A DNA stretch of 63,998 nucleotides, counting the filler, from Sphacelaria rigidula (Eukaryota), in the NCBI GenBank assembly GCA_964200075.2. It is 11 parts of 11 records of this genome, joined end to end, with 100 filler letters (N's around TTAATTAATTAA, not from the genome) between each part and the next. Parts side by side here need not be neighbours in the genome. Positions count along the whole stretch, not along the records: positions 1 to 5,728 come from CAXNAA020024918.1; positions 5,829 to 11,555 come from CAXNAA020024919.1; positions 11,656 to 17,382 come from CAXNAA020024920.1; 8 more parts are not named here. The stretch is one strand, 5' to 3'. The notes beneath the pieces are model-generated. The model saw only the letters and a list, made by a program, of their open reading frames with translations. It did not search any database and was not told where the DNA came from. Below are positions 1 through 11,899 of the stretch, piece by piece. Each line of letters starts with the position of its first letter. The stretch's first letter is position 1. The translations under genes and the position numbers were made by a program.

Positions 1-1833
1 GAAGCTCTTCGCCCATGTCCTTCGTGTGTCCTCGCTCGGCGATTACCAATCGCTCGAGAGACTGGTATCATCGATGTTACCAGCATGTACCCAATTTTCC
101 ATGTTGTGCCGAAAGACCGAGCTGCGGAAAGATTTCGTCTCTTCGTCTTGCCTGAGCACCTCACCGATACCAAGATCAATTTCTCTCTGGCTCTCTTTTT
201 GGACAGCACGCGCCTCTGTGCGCTGAAAAACATGTCGTTGAAAACAGGGCAGAGTGATGCTGCGGTAGGGTCAGCACTTTTACGGCCCGAGAGTGGAATT
301 TTTAGGAACCCTTTATCTCATCCAAAACATGACTTTCGAAATAGGTGAGAGTACGCCAGGGTTTTTCTTCCAATTTGCTAGGGATGTCCCGAATGAATTT
401 GCAAACGGGGATATCCTGACCCATATTCTTGTGTAGTTCCTAATTTTAGGAACCCCTGAATCAGGCCGGTTTCGGCCTCAAAAGTGCAGACCCTATCGCA
501 GCATCACTCGGCAATATTACCGTCACCGCTACTACTGTTCTCTGTCACACATATGCCCGCAACGACGGTGCTGCGGCAAAACCAGATAGATCCAATATGA
601 ACTTAAGGAGTGTTATTCATCGTCGATTTTCCCCCACCTCCCCCCAACCGAGCGCTTGACCACACACCGGTTGGGGAAAGTGCACGAGGGATCAAACACC
701 TGTGAAGATCTTCTTGACATGCAGAGCAGAGTGAAAAAGATACCTATGTTGGTGACCTAACTGTTGCTATGGTCGTGCAGAGGGATGCGTCAGCTGCGAT
801 CTGGAGCTTTCGTTGATCTACTCTACTGACTGTCTGCCGTCTGCACAGCATCTGCGTAGAGGTCACACTGGGTACTGTTGTGACATGTTATTATGTACCC
901 CAAATCGGAATACCTTTGGATACGAAAGAGTTCGTTTTTTCAACGTACGTCGACATGGTTGAAATGACTCTCCTTACCCGAGGGATTGCGGCTTCCCCGT
1001 CCGCCAGCCAGGTTTGAAAGGACAGCATAGTTTTTGGAATCGCATGTAACGCCCACGGGGGGGAACACAGAGTTTCTCGTCCATGAAAATGCCCGTCTTC
1101 CTACCTGCAAACAGTTTGATGCCCGTTGGTTTCTAATAAGAACGTTAAATTGTCGATTCGTGATGGTACTGAACTGATTGGCAGATGCCAATGCCAGGAA
1201 CGATTAATAGTGCTGTTCGACACTACCTTCGAACGTTTGAACGGACCCACAGCGGACACTTTCCCCAAGTTCATATTGGATCTATCTGGTTTTGCCGCAG
1301 CACCGTCCTTGCGGGCGTATGTGCGACAGAGAACAGTAGTAGCAGTGACGGGAATATTGCCCTGTTTTCAACGACATGTTTTTCAGCGCACAGAGGCGCG
1401 TGCTGTCCAAAAAGAGAGCCAGAGAGACATTGATCTTCGCATCGATGATGAGGTGCTCAGGCAAGACGAAGAGACGACGGAAACTCTCCGCAGCTCGGTC
1501 TTTCGGCACAACATGGAAAATTGGGTACATGCTGGTAACATCGATGATACCAGTCTCTCGAGCGATTGGTAATCGCCGAGCGAGGACACACGAAGGACAT
1601 GGGCGAAGAGCTTCCTCTCTGTCGTCGCTCCTCTCTCTGGTGATATCGTCATAAGACACGCGTGTACACCGCATTCGTTGGGTGCACCTAGCTCGAACTG
1701 CCCAACTCCTCCTGCGGAGTTTTGGGGGGAAAGGCTTTTCTTCTGTGTTACTGTTTGGTATTTTCCCAACGAAGATAATTTGCGGGTTGAACCTCACTTT
1801 TTAGTTCAACCCCAAAAATAAGGATCCGCTGTT
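1..1833. mobile_element. Long inverted-repeat (foldback) element: left arm 1-604 (truncated by contig start), right arm 1266-1833
   Basis: 1-251 plus 510-604 is the reverse complement of 1614-1266. The right arm ends in an AACA-family terminus (...GGATCCGCTGTT at 1833). Confidence 0.7.
252..509. mobile_element. 258-bp MITE with GAG...CTC termini, ~30-38-bp TIR and 4-bp TSD GGCA (Sola-like)
   Basis: TIRs gagtgatgctgcggtagggtcagcactttt / aaaagtgcagaccctatcgcagcatcactc. GGCA at 248-251 and 510-513. The empty site aacagGGCAatatt is present in the inverted copy near 1353-1366. Confidence 0.9.
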
Positions 1834-2344
1834 CAATCTCCAACGTGCAAAAACTCGTCCAACTCGGAGAGAACGAAAGACGCCAATATGTTTTTGAGAT
1901 TGATTATTGAGCTACTTCCCCCCTCTCCCATGTTACAACTTTCCGCAGCGTGGGATGTGCAAGGCAAAACGGCCTCCGCGAGGACAGAAAATTAAGGCAT
2001 ACCAAGACCCCGCATGAAATACGACCGTTCCCACAACAAACAACATGTAACCTCTTCTTTGTGATAGAACGCACGCGGAGTGGTATCTCCTCTATTTCCC
2101 GCACACAAATGATTTGTGGGCAGCCTCAGCGTAGGTCATACTCCACAGTCACGTGCACGACATCTGTTGTGTTGTGTGTCGTCATCCCATCCGTTTTGGA
2201 CCCCAGTTTACACTTTCCGGTATACAAGTGGGCCGCATCAGTCGAGATCACACCGGAGGAACGCCAACACAGGGTTTTTTTCGTGTTGTTTTATAGTACT
2301 CCACCTTCCTTCTGCGATGCCTGCCTTATTTTAATCGCGAGAGA

Positions 2345-2530
2345 GGTTTGGCGGTCCCTTTCCCTCGTCGACCGTGACGTCGAATTTCTTGTACCCACGA
2401 CATAGTTGCTCTTCACTGTTAGACATGGTGTGAGAAAAACCTCAGATCGTGTGATTTCACCAAAGATTCGAACCCAAGACCCAGCCGTACACATGGTTTC
2501 GAGGTCACCAACTGACCCACCGAGGCGACC
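2345..2530 (-). mobile_element. tRNA-derived SINE-like repeat
   Basis: Minus strand reads ggtcgcctcggtgggtcagttggtgacctc...gggttcgaatc, with Pol III A-box/B-box-like motifs but no full cloverleaf. Confidence 0.55.
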
Positions 2531-4550
2531 AGATATCCTAGTATGAAAAATAAATAACTCTGCACGTGAGCGTATTGAGAGCTGCTCGAAAAATACGTCA
2601 AAATCACGGAGCTCAACAACAGCTGGAGGGAAAGAACAGCGGATTTTCACGGCGTTCGCGCCGTGTAGCAGCTAAAGAGCACAAAACATAGACATGGTAC
2701 TAGATTGTTCTTCAACCCTAAACTAAATACATGTATGGAGTAAAACCGTGCATCCCCCCCCCCCCCCCCCCCCCCCCCCACCCCACCCGACGCCGCCACA
2801 CAACGCGCAGAGAGAGTAAGTATTATGTTTTGAACAAAAAATAGAANNNNNNNNNNCATTGTGCTCGAGTGTTCTTCCACCCTAAACGCAGTACACGTGG
2901 GGAGTAAAACCGCGCATCCCCCCCCCCCCCCCCCCCATGACGCGACATCGAAGGCGGCAGCAACACAAGGGGAGCATGTATTATTTCTCATGTTTAGAGA
3001 AAATGATACACGTACTGTCATAGGTCTTCATTAAAAGCAAGGTCGCACTCCACGTTTCACCCAGGCGTCATATCTCTAAATCCAAGTGGAGCACACAGGA
3101 AAGAAAAACTCTCAACTCAACTCCTGTCACGTCAGATTGAACCGCACCTAACGCCAGGGCCAAGGCAATATACCGACAGCACCGAAACAGATGTAAAAAG
3201 TAAAAAAAAAATGTTGTGAAGGTGTCCGAAAGAACAACACCGAGAAAACGGTCTGTCCAACCCACGTTGTCTGTTCGAACAACCTGTAAAAAATACAAAA
3301 CGTAACGCCCCTCCATATATTGATGTGTGTGTGTGCAATTCTTCTCGTACGCCGCACCCCCCCCCTCCGGTATACAGGGTACAGCATACAGAACACCGAC
3401 AATTTTGGCGGGAATGCCTCCGTTCCCCCTGCCCGACGTGCCGTCCTGTGCACAATTTCGAAACTTAGAAAAAAACAAAATCCGATTTCGATTCATCGCG
3501 TGATAGATGGACACACTTTTTTTATCAAGTTTGCGACTATTTTTGAGTCCATCACCGAAAAAAAACGGAATTTCTTCGACGGACTAACATCCTAACGGTG
3601 CAAACACAGCGGCAAGTAGGGCCACACGCGTGGAGTAAGGGGTGAGGGAGGGGCGAGGGGGGGTGGATAATGCTGTGGCGATTGACAAGGGACAGCAAGA
3701 AAATGAAAAATATTAGATATCGATTATTTCAAGATCCACCAACAAAATCCAGAGAACTATACACCCACTGCCATGATCTCAACCAACGATGGCAGGTTCG
3801 CCTCGGGTACGCCGTCACATGATTCACTTGTGCTTGAAGAAGCTATGAGCATACCTGCGGTCGTTTATGGTGTTTCCTCGCCGAGAAAAACTGTATCCAC
3901 AAAGCCAACAAAAGCTTCGCCACCACTTCTGCACCGTCGATAACTCCCCTCCCCACCCATTCCCTGCTGTTCACTCCGAGGACCCCAAATCTTCTTCATC
4001 ATGCGTTTCCGGAAATCCCAACATATCGTTGCCAAAAAACATCAAAGCACTCGAAAAACAGCGGGCAAAACTTCTCCCGCCTGAAAGAAAAATCCCGACG
4101 TATTTACTACACCAGGGGGAAAACAGAGATAGCATCACGCCCAAATGCACCGTGCAAGACAACACAAAAACACAGCCAAGTCAGCCCACCCCTCCCCCCC
4201 TCCCGCCATGAGCCAACCCCGCGCTCTTTCAAACAAAAGGTTGCCTGCCGCTACCGCTCTTTCTTCCTTCCCCAAGCCTGCTATTGCATACAATTTCCGT
4301 GACCATGGAGAAGGACAAATATCGAGAGAAACAGATGTATATATATAAACAAGCCGATAAGCCACGTCTCTTGCTGATGATTCACTTGTGCACCTCCTCC
4401 GTCTGTCCCCCTGTTCACGTCTTACCGACGAAGTCCCCCCCCCCGTTCTTGAACAACCCCACATCACCAGCCAATATGCCCTAATGCAAGCCAGGGCGTT
4501 TCTACGCAGATGATCTCGTCGCTGATCGCTCTCGCAATCGTTCCAACCCT

Positions 4551-4574
4551 GTAGTAGTAGTAGTAGTAGTAGTG
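4551..4574. repeat. (GTA)n microsatellite
   Basis: About 8 GTA units. Confidence 0.9.
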
Positions 4575-5728
4575 CCACCAGCAGACAAAGTGGTGCGCAA
4601 AGGTAAGTTGGGGAGTTATTTACACGCAAGCATCGCCTCGTTGTATGATTGCCGTGTGTTGAACAACTGCTGCCTAGGAGCTGTTCCATAGCCACATGGT
4701 TCAAACATGGTTTGAAGAAGAGCACGTCAACAGGGCAAATATTCCTCTCACAAAAAAATAAATGCCGAAGATTGCGCTAGGTACAGTGTAGGTAGGCGAT
4801 TTCTCCAGTTGAGGGAAGAACTCGAGCAGGAAACACATACATGCATGCCAACGGTAACGGACAGATACGTCGAGTGACGAACTGTGCCAGATCCTTTATC
4901 ACCTCCAAGTAAAAAGACTCGTCAGAACGTCAGCTGAGACGGTCATTTTGAATCAACAGAGCAACTTACCGACGAACAGCACTGCGGCGGTATCATCCTT
5001 CGCTGCTTCAAACACAGCATAGCTGTCCTTCCCTCCCACGCACGTCAGCACTACCCTGTTCCCAGGCTGCATGGAGACGCCCTGTACAGCAAGCAAGAGA
5101 GTATTTTGTTTTCCATTCCGTTCAGCAAAAAAAGAAAAAACGTACAGAAGCAAAGTATCTTCATTTATATTCAGTGTAGCAAAAAGAAAATCACTAGAGA
5201 GAAGGGGAGAGAAAATTGAGCCACACGAAGAAAAAAGAGTGTGACGGACATACGAGCTGGGCCAGCCTAGAAGTGAAGTTATAGTTTGCAGGCCCATTCA
5301 TCGGCCAATATTTATAGTTGAACTCTAAAATTTGGTATGGACAATGAATAGGGTATCATGAAAAAAATTACCTCTGCACACAAAGGTTTTTTTTTCGTGA
5401 GTTTTAAAGGGCATTTCAATGATACCTGAAACTGATTAATGCCTCCAACTCATGAAAAAAAAAACTCTGTGCTGTTGTTTTTTTATGTGTATGTTGTTTT
5501 CTTGTTTTTGAGCTGAACCTCAAACATGGTGGCCATACTACTCTCCGTGTGTCACCTGTCTTTTCCTGTTTTGTCCTTCAGTATCTTCTCTCTTCTTTTT
5601 TTTTCGGTGTACACTTTCGACAGATCTGGCGTTTGTTGTTTGTTTGTTGTTCTTTCTTTCTTTTCTCTTCCCGTTGAACTCGGGGGAGCTACTTCTCACC
5701 GGTTTTCGTGGCGTCGCTCTTCTTATTT

Positions 5729-5828
5729 NNNNNNNNNNNNNNNNNNNNNNNNNNNNNNNNNNNNNNNNNNNNTTAATTAATTAANNNNNNNNNNNNNNNN
5801 NNNNNNNNNNNNNNNNNNNNNNNNNNNN
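5729..5828. other. Artificial contig spacer (N44-TTAATTAATTAA-N44), first of ten
   Basis: Identical 100-bp spacers at 5729, 11556, 17383, 23210, 29037, 34864, 40691, 46518, 52345 and 58172, spaced every 5827 bp. The core has stops in all six frames. Contigs appear length-sorted. Confidence 0.98.
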
Positions 5829-5900
5829 CGTCCCGGCTTTGTAGGGATGCGAGGTCAATGGTCTGATGACTATGGCATGCATGATCATGAGTACACCCCT
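5829..5900 (+). repeat. LINE/SINE 3'-tail fragment
   Basis: Same gggatgcgaggtcaatggtc...catgagtacacccc motif as at 7563, 41836, 45146, 45245 and 61883. Confidence 0.75.
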
Positions 5901-6293
5901 CGTGCTCTGCAGGGCTCGGTTGCGCAAAATGCGGTGTTCAATATTTTGTTTGGATTTTCTCGTACAGTTTTGTTCCTCGGCACTCGAAAGTCCTAGTGTC
6001 GACATACATTGGAAAGAGAGGCAGGTGGTGCTCAGGGCAATCTTCAAGTCGGTGTTGTCGTGGTGATATGGAGTGAGAATCTCGATTATCAGGGGGTGTT
6101 ATCGACCGTCACTGGTCCAAAAAACACAGTTTTTCGGCTCTAGCGTCATGAATAGGTAGAACTTGGAAAAAATAACACATTCCATTTCATTCAATCACGA
6201 GAACGATCGGAATTGCTTCAATCGAGCAAGAATACCCAGGGGTCAGACCTCGAAACTGGGTAGTCGGGGGACCCGTGGACAACGGTCAGCCTG

Positions 6294-7622
6294 TTAGTCG
6301 TTCAGTATGTTGAGAGCAGAGATGAATTCGTTCCCGAATGTGGAGTGGATGCCTAGTATCTCCCTATCCCCAAACCGTGGGATCAAGCGTTCACTGGGAT
6401 GACCTGTGGCACGCGGAAATAATATTGAAAATCGCCAACTGCAAAACCCCCCTGAAATCCCCTGATTCAGCTCGAATCTACTATATGTATGCTGATTGTA
6501 ATTGTACCAAGGCACGACTATACAGGAGTATAGGAGAAGAAGTTGATGAAGCAGCTGGAAACAGTACAGATGACAGTAGCTAAGAAGATACTTGGATGCT
6601 CAAAAACGGCGAGTAATACCGCATTGAGAGCAGAGTGGAGAATGTCCCCGCTTGAGACGAATACAGATCTTGAGAAAATTGAAATTACAAAATAATGGCA
6701 GGAAGATGGCAAATGAGAGATTGCCTGCCATGGGTGATGGGGCTGTATGGGAAGAAGTGGCAAAATGCAGGCCGGAATGAGGTGAACCAGCGCAATCGAG
6801 AAAGTACGGAAGGGCATGGGAAAAAACCAAGAGGTGGCGTTTATAGGTGAAAGTGGGTGGTACAAGACACGGTTAACGGAAACGTCGGATAAGGAAATAA
6901 CAAGCGCTAAGAACGGAAAGTGGACGAGCGAAAACATCTAAATATATGAGGGGGATTGAGAGAATGGGTAGGGATGGAAGCCCATCTGCACGAACCAATG
7001 GACTACCCGAAGAAAGTGAAACTACGAGTTTGGGTGGGGGACCTGGACCTGCAAGAAAAGAGAAATAAGCAACAAGTATCCTTGAAGTCGAATGGAGTAG
7101 AAAGTGAGTTGGAGAATCTGGACTAAACGAGGAGGGATGGGACGTTTTGGAGGGGGAAATGTGGGGAGTGAGTGAAGGTGGCACGAAATCGTGTGATTAC
7201 ATTGGATAGTAGCGAGAAAAAGATTGCTATACCAGGAGATACATGATGGCCACAGATGGCGAAACAGGAAGGGAATGAAATATGTGAAAGGTTTTGTGTC
7301 ATGTGAAGAAAACTTCATGAGCGCCCAAGTGTTGGAGGTGCCTATGTTGGGAGTAGCAACGATTCTCCGTCTCAAAAGGGATGCGTGGTCAAGGGTTAAA
7401 TGATTGAGGCAAGCAACAAATGAGTACCAGGCCTGCTCCGCCTCGCCTTTGTGAAGCTCACCCTTCATGCGACTCGCCAAACACACCACGGCGCTTCGCG
7501 CTTGGTGGTTTGAGTGCAAGCCTGGTCCGGCGAAAACCCGGCGTGCTCCGTCCCGCTAGTGCAGGGATGCGAGGTCAATGGTCTTATGACTATAGCATGC
7601 ATAGTCATGAGTAACCCCCCCC
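6294..7622 (+). mobile_element. Degenerate non-LTR retrotransposon (LINE) ORF2 3' region and 3' tail
   Basis: Broken frames give KQLETVQMTVAKKILGCSKTASNTALRAE (typical post-RT region) and a LDSSEK..GD.WWPQ-like segment. The 3' tail (gggatgcgaggtcaatggtc...atgactatagcatgcatagtcatgagta-Cn) recurs elsewhere in the window. Confidence 0.75.
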
Positions 7623-9001
7623 GCGCGCCCGCCACCCTATATTTCATGTTCTTCGGTAAGTCTGGAGTTGGATTTTTTCTACCCTTGAGATTTTGTCTTT
7701 ATCCTCTAGTCCTGCAGTGATGATTTGAACGGAGGATCGTGTTCCTCTATGGACGTACATTACACAGTACGAAAATACGAAAACCTGCGTCCGGCAGTCC
7801 GTTGAGTCAGCATCATCTCACTGAAAAAATGAGGGACAACGATGTTGATTCAGCAGGTTGCCTACCCCCGGCGGTCGGAGGGCTGATAATCTCGTTTTGT
7901 GTTTTCTGTTCGTTGATCGTATCATGTTAAGGGACTCGAAATCTCGCCCTGCAACTGCCTAGTACTGGGTGCCTCAATATGTCGGTATCGTTTCTCCTTT
8001 ACGAGTGTGCTGTGTTCCTTGTGTTTGAGTGTGTACAGGGTTGCTTCATTCATCGAATCATTTTCTACAGACCCAACCGAGCGTCGCTGTTTCAACGTGT
8101 TTTCCGCACAATTCTCCACCATGTACACGGGAGCTGCTTTACGTCAAACGCCCCCTGTGTGTTCTTGTTCGGTCGCAGATGTACACCTTCTAAATATGTC
8201 GACGGTGGACGTGATTGTGCTTCAACAAGTGAAGGAGACACCGCCCCGGTGGCTCAACGGGTACTTTTTAAACCGGTTGTGATGGAGTTGGGGATAGTGG
8301 TCACAGCAACTACCTTTTTTTTTATATGTATACTCGTTTTTCTTCGGGAGTATCAGATTTTCATCGTTGAAAGCGTGAAGACGTGGGTAGCAGAGACAAT
8401 CTGACCGTCAGCCCACATGGCGCGGGAGTCCTAAGTGAAGACGTCATACCACGGTTTCGGCCATGATCCGCATGTGCCGAGGGGGGAAGATGATGGGCTG
8501 ATATCTTGATACTATCGAATAAAAGAGGGAGAGGGGGAGGCGGAGGCGGAGGGGGCAACGTAGGGGCGATACACACTCGTCCGCCACTGGAACTGTGTGC
8601 AGTACAACAGCATAGTGTACACGGTGGAAGGTTCGGGTCACCTCAGCGGTATCCACGGGAGTGGTCTCACAGTCCCGAAGAACGGGAAGGGCTGCTGTGT
8701 TGACGGGAACAGAACAGGAGGAAAAAACAAAGACAGGGGTGATCATCGGGTCAATCATCGTCAACCCTTTGAAGGAGTTTTGCTCTTGAACGTATCGGGG
8801 TGAGTTGCAGGCTTTGTCTGCTCATGTCCTGAGCGTCGCAACTGACAGTGCCCCCTCCCATCTAGTTTCACTGATGAGTAAGTGACAAATTGACCGCAGT
8901 CACCATTCCCTAGAACTTGTATCGCAGCCGCTGACGTGTTCGTGTGCCGCCCCTCTCTGTATTCTTCGGTCCGCGTTTGATTTTTGTTTTTGTGACACAA
9001 G

Positions 9002-10364
9002 GCGTTGGCGTACCTGCGCTCGCGAAGACCCATCATAAATCCTCATGAGGGCTTCACGGCACAGCTTCAGGCGTTCGACGCGAGGATGCAGAAACAACGG
9101 GATGCGGCCGTTGCTGATGGCCAACCGCAACAGGTGCGCAGTTCGAACCGCTGCGATGTCAACACTTTTTCCCGCCGGATCCTCCAACAAACGTTTTCTC
9201 TGTCATCTCTTGTGTGGAAACGTTTGTCCGCAGGCCACGCAGTAAACTGTTCACACATGGGACAGCTCATGACCTAGCTACCTGAAAGAACTAATCGAAG
9301 AGAACTCTCAGATCCTGTGTACAAAATCATAAAACACGCGACAGCAGTGTCCGAGAAGTCAAAGCGTTACCTTCCCTCTACACGGCGTGCTCGGCGTCGA
9401 CCGCTGTCGGGAGCTAATAAGGAAATAGCGGCCAACTGAGCTAGCTCATGATCCGAATCAGTACTCTCATGAGAAGTAATATCATGGTAGCTCATGAGCT
9501 GTCCCATGTGTGAACTGAACTGCTGCCTGACGGTCTCGCTCTTCCTCCGCCCGCCTTCCTTGTCCTTTGCTCATGCAGTTCCCGGACGATCTTCTTGGAA
9601 AAACAAAAACCGCCGAGAAGGGCCCCGCCATCGGACCGTCCATCGGCCCCTCACGAGGTCCCTCACGAGGTCCGTCCCCACGCCCGCCAGACCAAGACCC
9701 CCCCAACAAGGCGAAAAAAACAAAAAGTCCACCCAGAGGGCCGGCAAATAGGCCAACAGTTGGACCCTCGCCACCTCGCAGCGCTAGCGCTGCTGCTGCT
9801 AGCGATGTGGCAAAGAGCCCGCCTGGGGAGATCGGGGGGGTAGTTCCAACTACTGCCTCCGTCCCCCGAGAAACGCCACCTGGAACGACCATTGGGCCTC
9901 CCCAGGGCCCACCGCGGTCAGATATACCTTCTGATGTTGATCCTGACCGGGCACAAGTGATGGGTGGTGAAGCGGCACAATCAAGTGCTGATGAAACGTC
10001 ACACGTGCCTTGTGACAAAGTGGCCCGACAAGCACCTGGTGGTGAAGTTGCTGCTGCCTGTGCTGGTGAATCATCACCAGCACCTGGTGTTGAAAAAGCA
10101 CGAGCAAGTGCCGGTACAAGGGCACAAGCGTCCGCTGGCGAAGCGGCCCAACATACCCCTGATGGCTCTAGTGAGACAGTCGCTAAACTCACTACCGCGG
10201 TGACCAACGGTCAGCAAGCGGATGGTGTTGTGGTTGCAGGCAGTGAGCTCAAGCGAAGACGTGGTGACGATGATGATGATAACGAAGAGGGGAAGAAGAA
10301 AGGAGAGGAGCCTATAGCGCGAAGTGTAAAACCAAGAGGTTCAGAGCGATCGAACGAAGTTTGA
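9002..10364 (+). CDS. Last two exons (9002-9133, 9579-10364) of a dual-specificity protein phosphatase-like gene with a Pro/Ala-rich disordered tail
   Basis: ALAYLRSRRPIINPHEGFTAQLQAFD matches the DSP C-terminal RP.I.PN.GF..QL motif. Acceptor AG at 9000-9001, phase-0 donor cag|gtgcgc at 9134, pyrimidine tract plus cag|ttc at 9579 in frame, stop at 10364. The catalytic HCxxGxxR exon was not found. Confidence 0.7.
9239..9523. mobile_element. Intronic MITE-like inverted repeat
   Basis: gttcacacatgggacagctcatga (~9249-9272) is inverted at tcatgagctgtcccatgtgtgaac (~9492-9515). Confidence 0.7.
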
Positions 10365-11480
10365 CATTCGTAGTCCACTAAACATTACTTTTTTCAAAAT
10401 CTCATTTTTTTCAAATCTTTGGGCGGTCACCCACGCCGCCGAAAGTAGGTATTGTTGATAAACGGGATACTTCAAATATTGCAGTTGTTCTTATCTCCAT
10501 AAATAGAGTTTGGCGAGAGAAATGTGTGTTACCGGTGAATGGTGCCCTCCCTGCATGTGTGCTCATATTTTTGGTGTCCTGCGATTATCGCAGGTATGAG
10601 CGAATAGACTGGTCTTGTACTGACGGGAGGGTGGGGGGAGGGAGGGGCTAGCTTTTTGATAGGCTGGCGTTTCATGGTGTATGTCTACACACGTGATCGC
10701 TAGAGGGAAAAAAGGGGGAAACGTGTGCCCGTAGGTGCCCTTCAGAAAGCAAAGGAGACGAGACGGTCAGTGTTGCACATGGTGTCATGACATGTTTCCC
10801 AACTGGTATATACATGAGCGAATATGTGTGTATCGATTGCTCCTTACGGACAACGCGCTTATGGGTAGTAGGGGAGAAACTTGAATCGAACGTCTCAAGG
10901 TGCACGAAGCTTAGCCCCCGACCACCCCCAGTTATTCGTTCGTATGTGTGTGTGTGTTACTTCCTGTGCAGTTCGAGAAACGATTCTTTTGAATCGTTTC
11001 AGGGTCCAACTCCTGAAAATGGCGTGACGTTTTGCGCGTTGGTGCGATGGCGTGAGCTTGTAACGTGTACATTCCTATTTACTTGGTTCTAGTATGAAAT
11101 GTCTTCCCTGAGTGAAATTAACATTTTGATATCACCGCGGCTACTTTGGGCGCCCTGTTCGTTCTTTGAGTTTTTTTTTTCCGACAGAAAGTTGGGAAAG
11201 GCGCGGCACGGGTGTAACTCGTGCGCAAAAGGACATGGCACGGGCACATTGCATCTCAACTGCCACCGGCGGAGTACTGCTATCTCTTATTTTTAGTGCT
11301 TACATTAGCTCGATTCCTTGAGCACAATAGTTCGATCCCTCCGACCCGTGGCCCTGGGGTGCAAGGAGCATACCACCCATAACCATGAAAAAGAAGAGTT
11401 GAAGAGTTGACAGATGAAGGCTTTAAACAAAAGCGGTACACAAGGAGAACGAGCCCGCAAAAACCGATCGAACTACAAGG

Positions 11481-11555
11481 AACAACAAATTGTGCGAATT
11501 GAGGTTTAACTTCGAGATGAGGCTCAAGCCCAAAACAGTGCTTTCCCCACACTTT
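11481..11555 (+). mobile_element. AACA-family DNA transposon terminus (contig breaks inside it)
   Basis: aacaacaaattgtgcgaattgaggtttaacttcgagatgaggctcaagccc...ctttccccacacttt; near-identical copies at 17314-17382 and, reversed, at 34964-35035. Confidence 0.75.
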
Positions 11556-11655
11556 NNNNNNNNNNNNNNNNNNNNNNNNNNNNNNNNNNNNNNNNNNNNT
11601 TAATTAATTAANNNNNNNNNNNNNNNNNNNNNNNNNNNNNNNNNNNNNNNNNNNN

Positions 11656-11790
11656 ACTTCAAATAACAGAACTAGTCTCTTATTCGTACTCCCCCTGTAT
11701 GTCATGATCCAATCTTGATATCAATTTCCCTCGTATCCAGGCAGATCCTGGAGCGTAAGTATAATCGATTAAGATACACTACAGTAGTTG
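11656..11790 (+). repeat. Dispersed repeat shared with 53820-53950
   Basis: aacagaact...ttattcgta..cccctgta.gtca.gatcc...atccaggcag...gagcgtaagtata.tcgatta is present in both contigs. Confidence 0.75.
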
Positions 11791-11899
11791 GGTGTGCTTT
11801 GTTCATTTTTTGTTGGCAAAAACTTGTGCATCTTCTCTCATGGTAGGCATCAGGGACGAATCTGCGTGGTACGGTCGACAACCGAGTTGCGTCCATGCT

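Noticed and set aside
1126..1797. Several 130-170-aa ORFs on both strands
   Set aside because: They lie in the inverted-repeat arm, have no recognisable domain, and the paired copy has indels.
2465..2530. Functional tRNA gene
   Set aside because: No complete acceptor stem or cloverleaf; it fits a SINE head better.
2697..2995. Direct duplication flanking a 10-N gap
   Set aside because: Poly-C-containing repeat next to a scaffold gap; it cannot be separated from an assembly effect.
5729..5828. Regularly spaced TTAATTAATTAA repeats every 5827 bp
   Set aside because: These are artificial scaffold linkers embedded in N runs. The periodicity reflects length-sorted contigs, and ORFs touching them are artefacts.
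9482..10207. 241-aa minus-strand ORF
   Set aside because: It is the antisense shadow of the GC-rich plus-strand terminal exon, which has proper splice signals.
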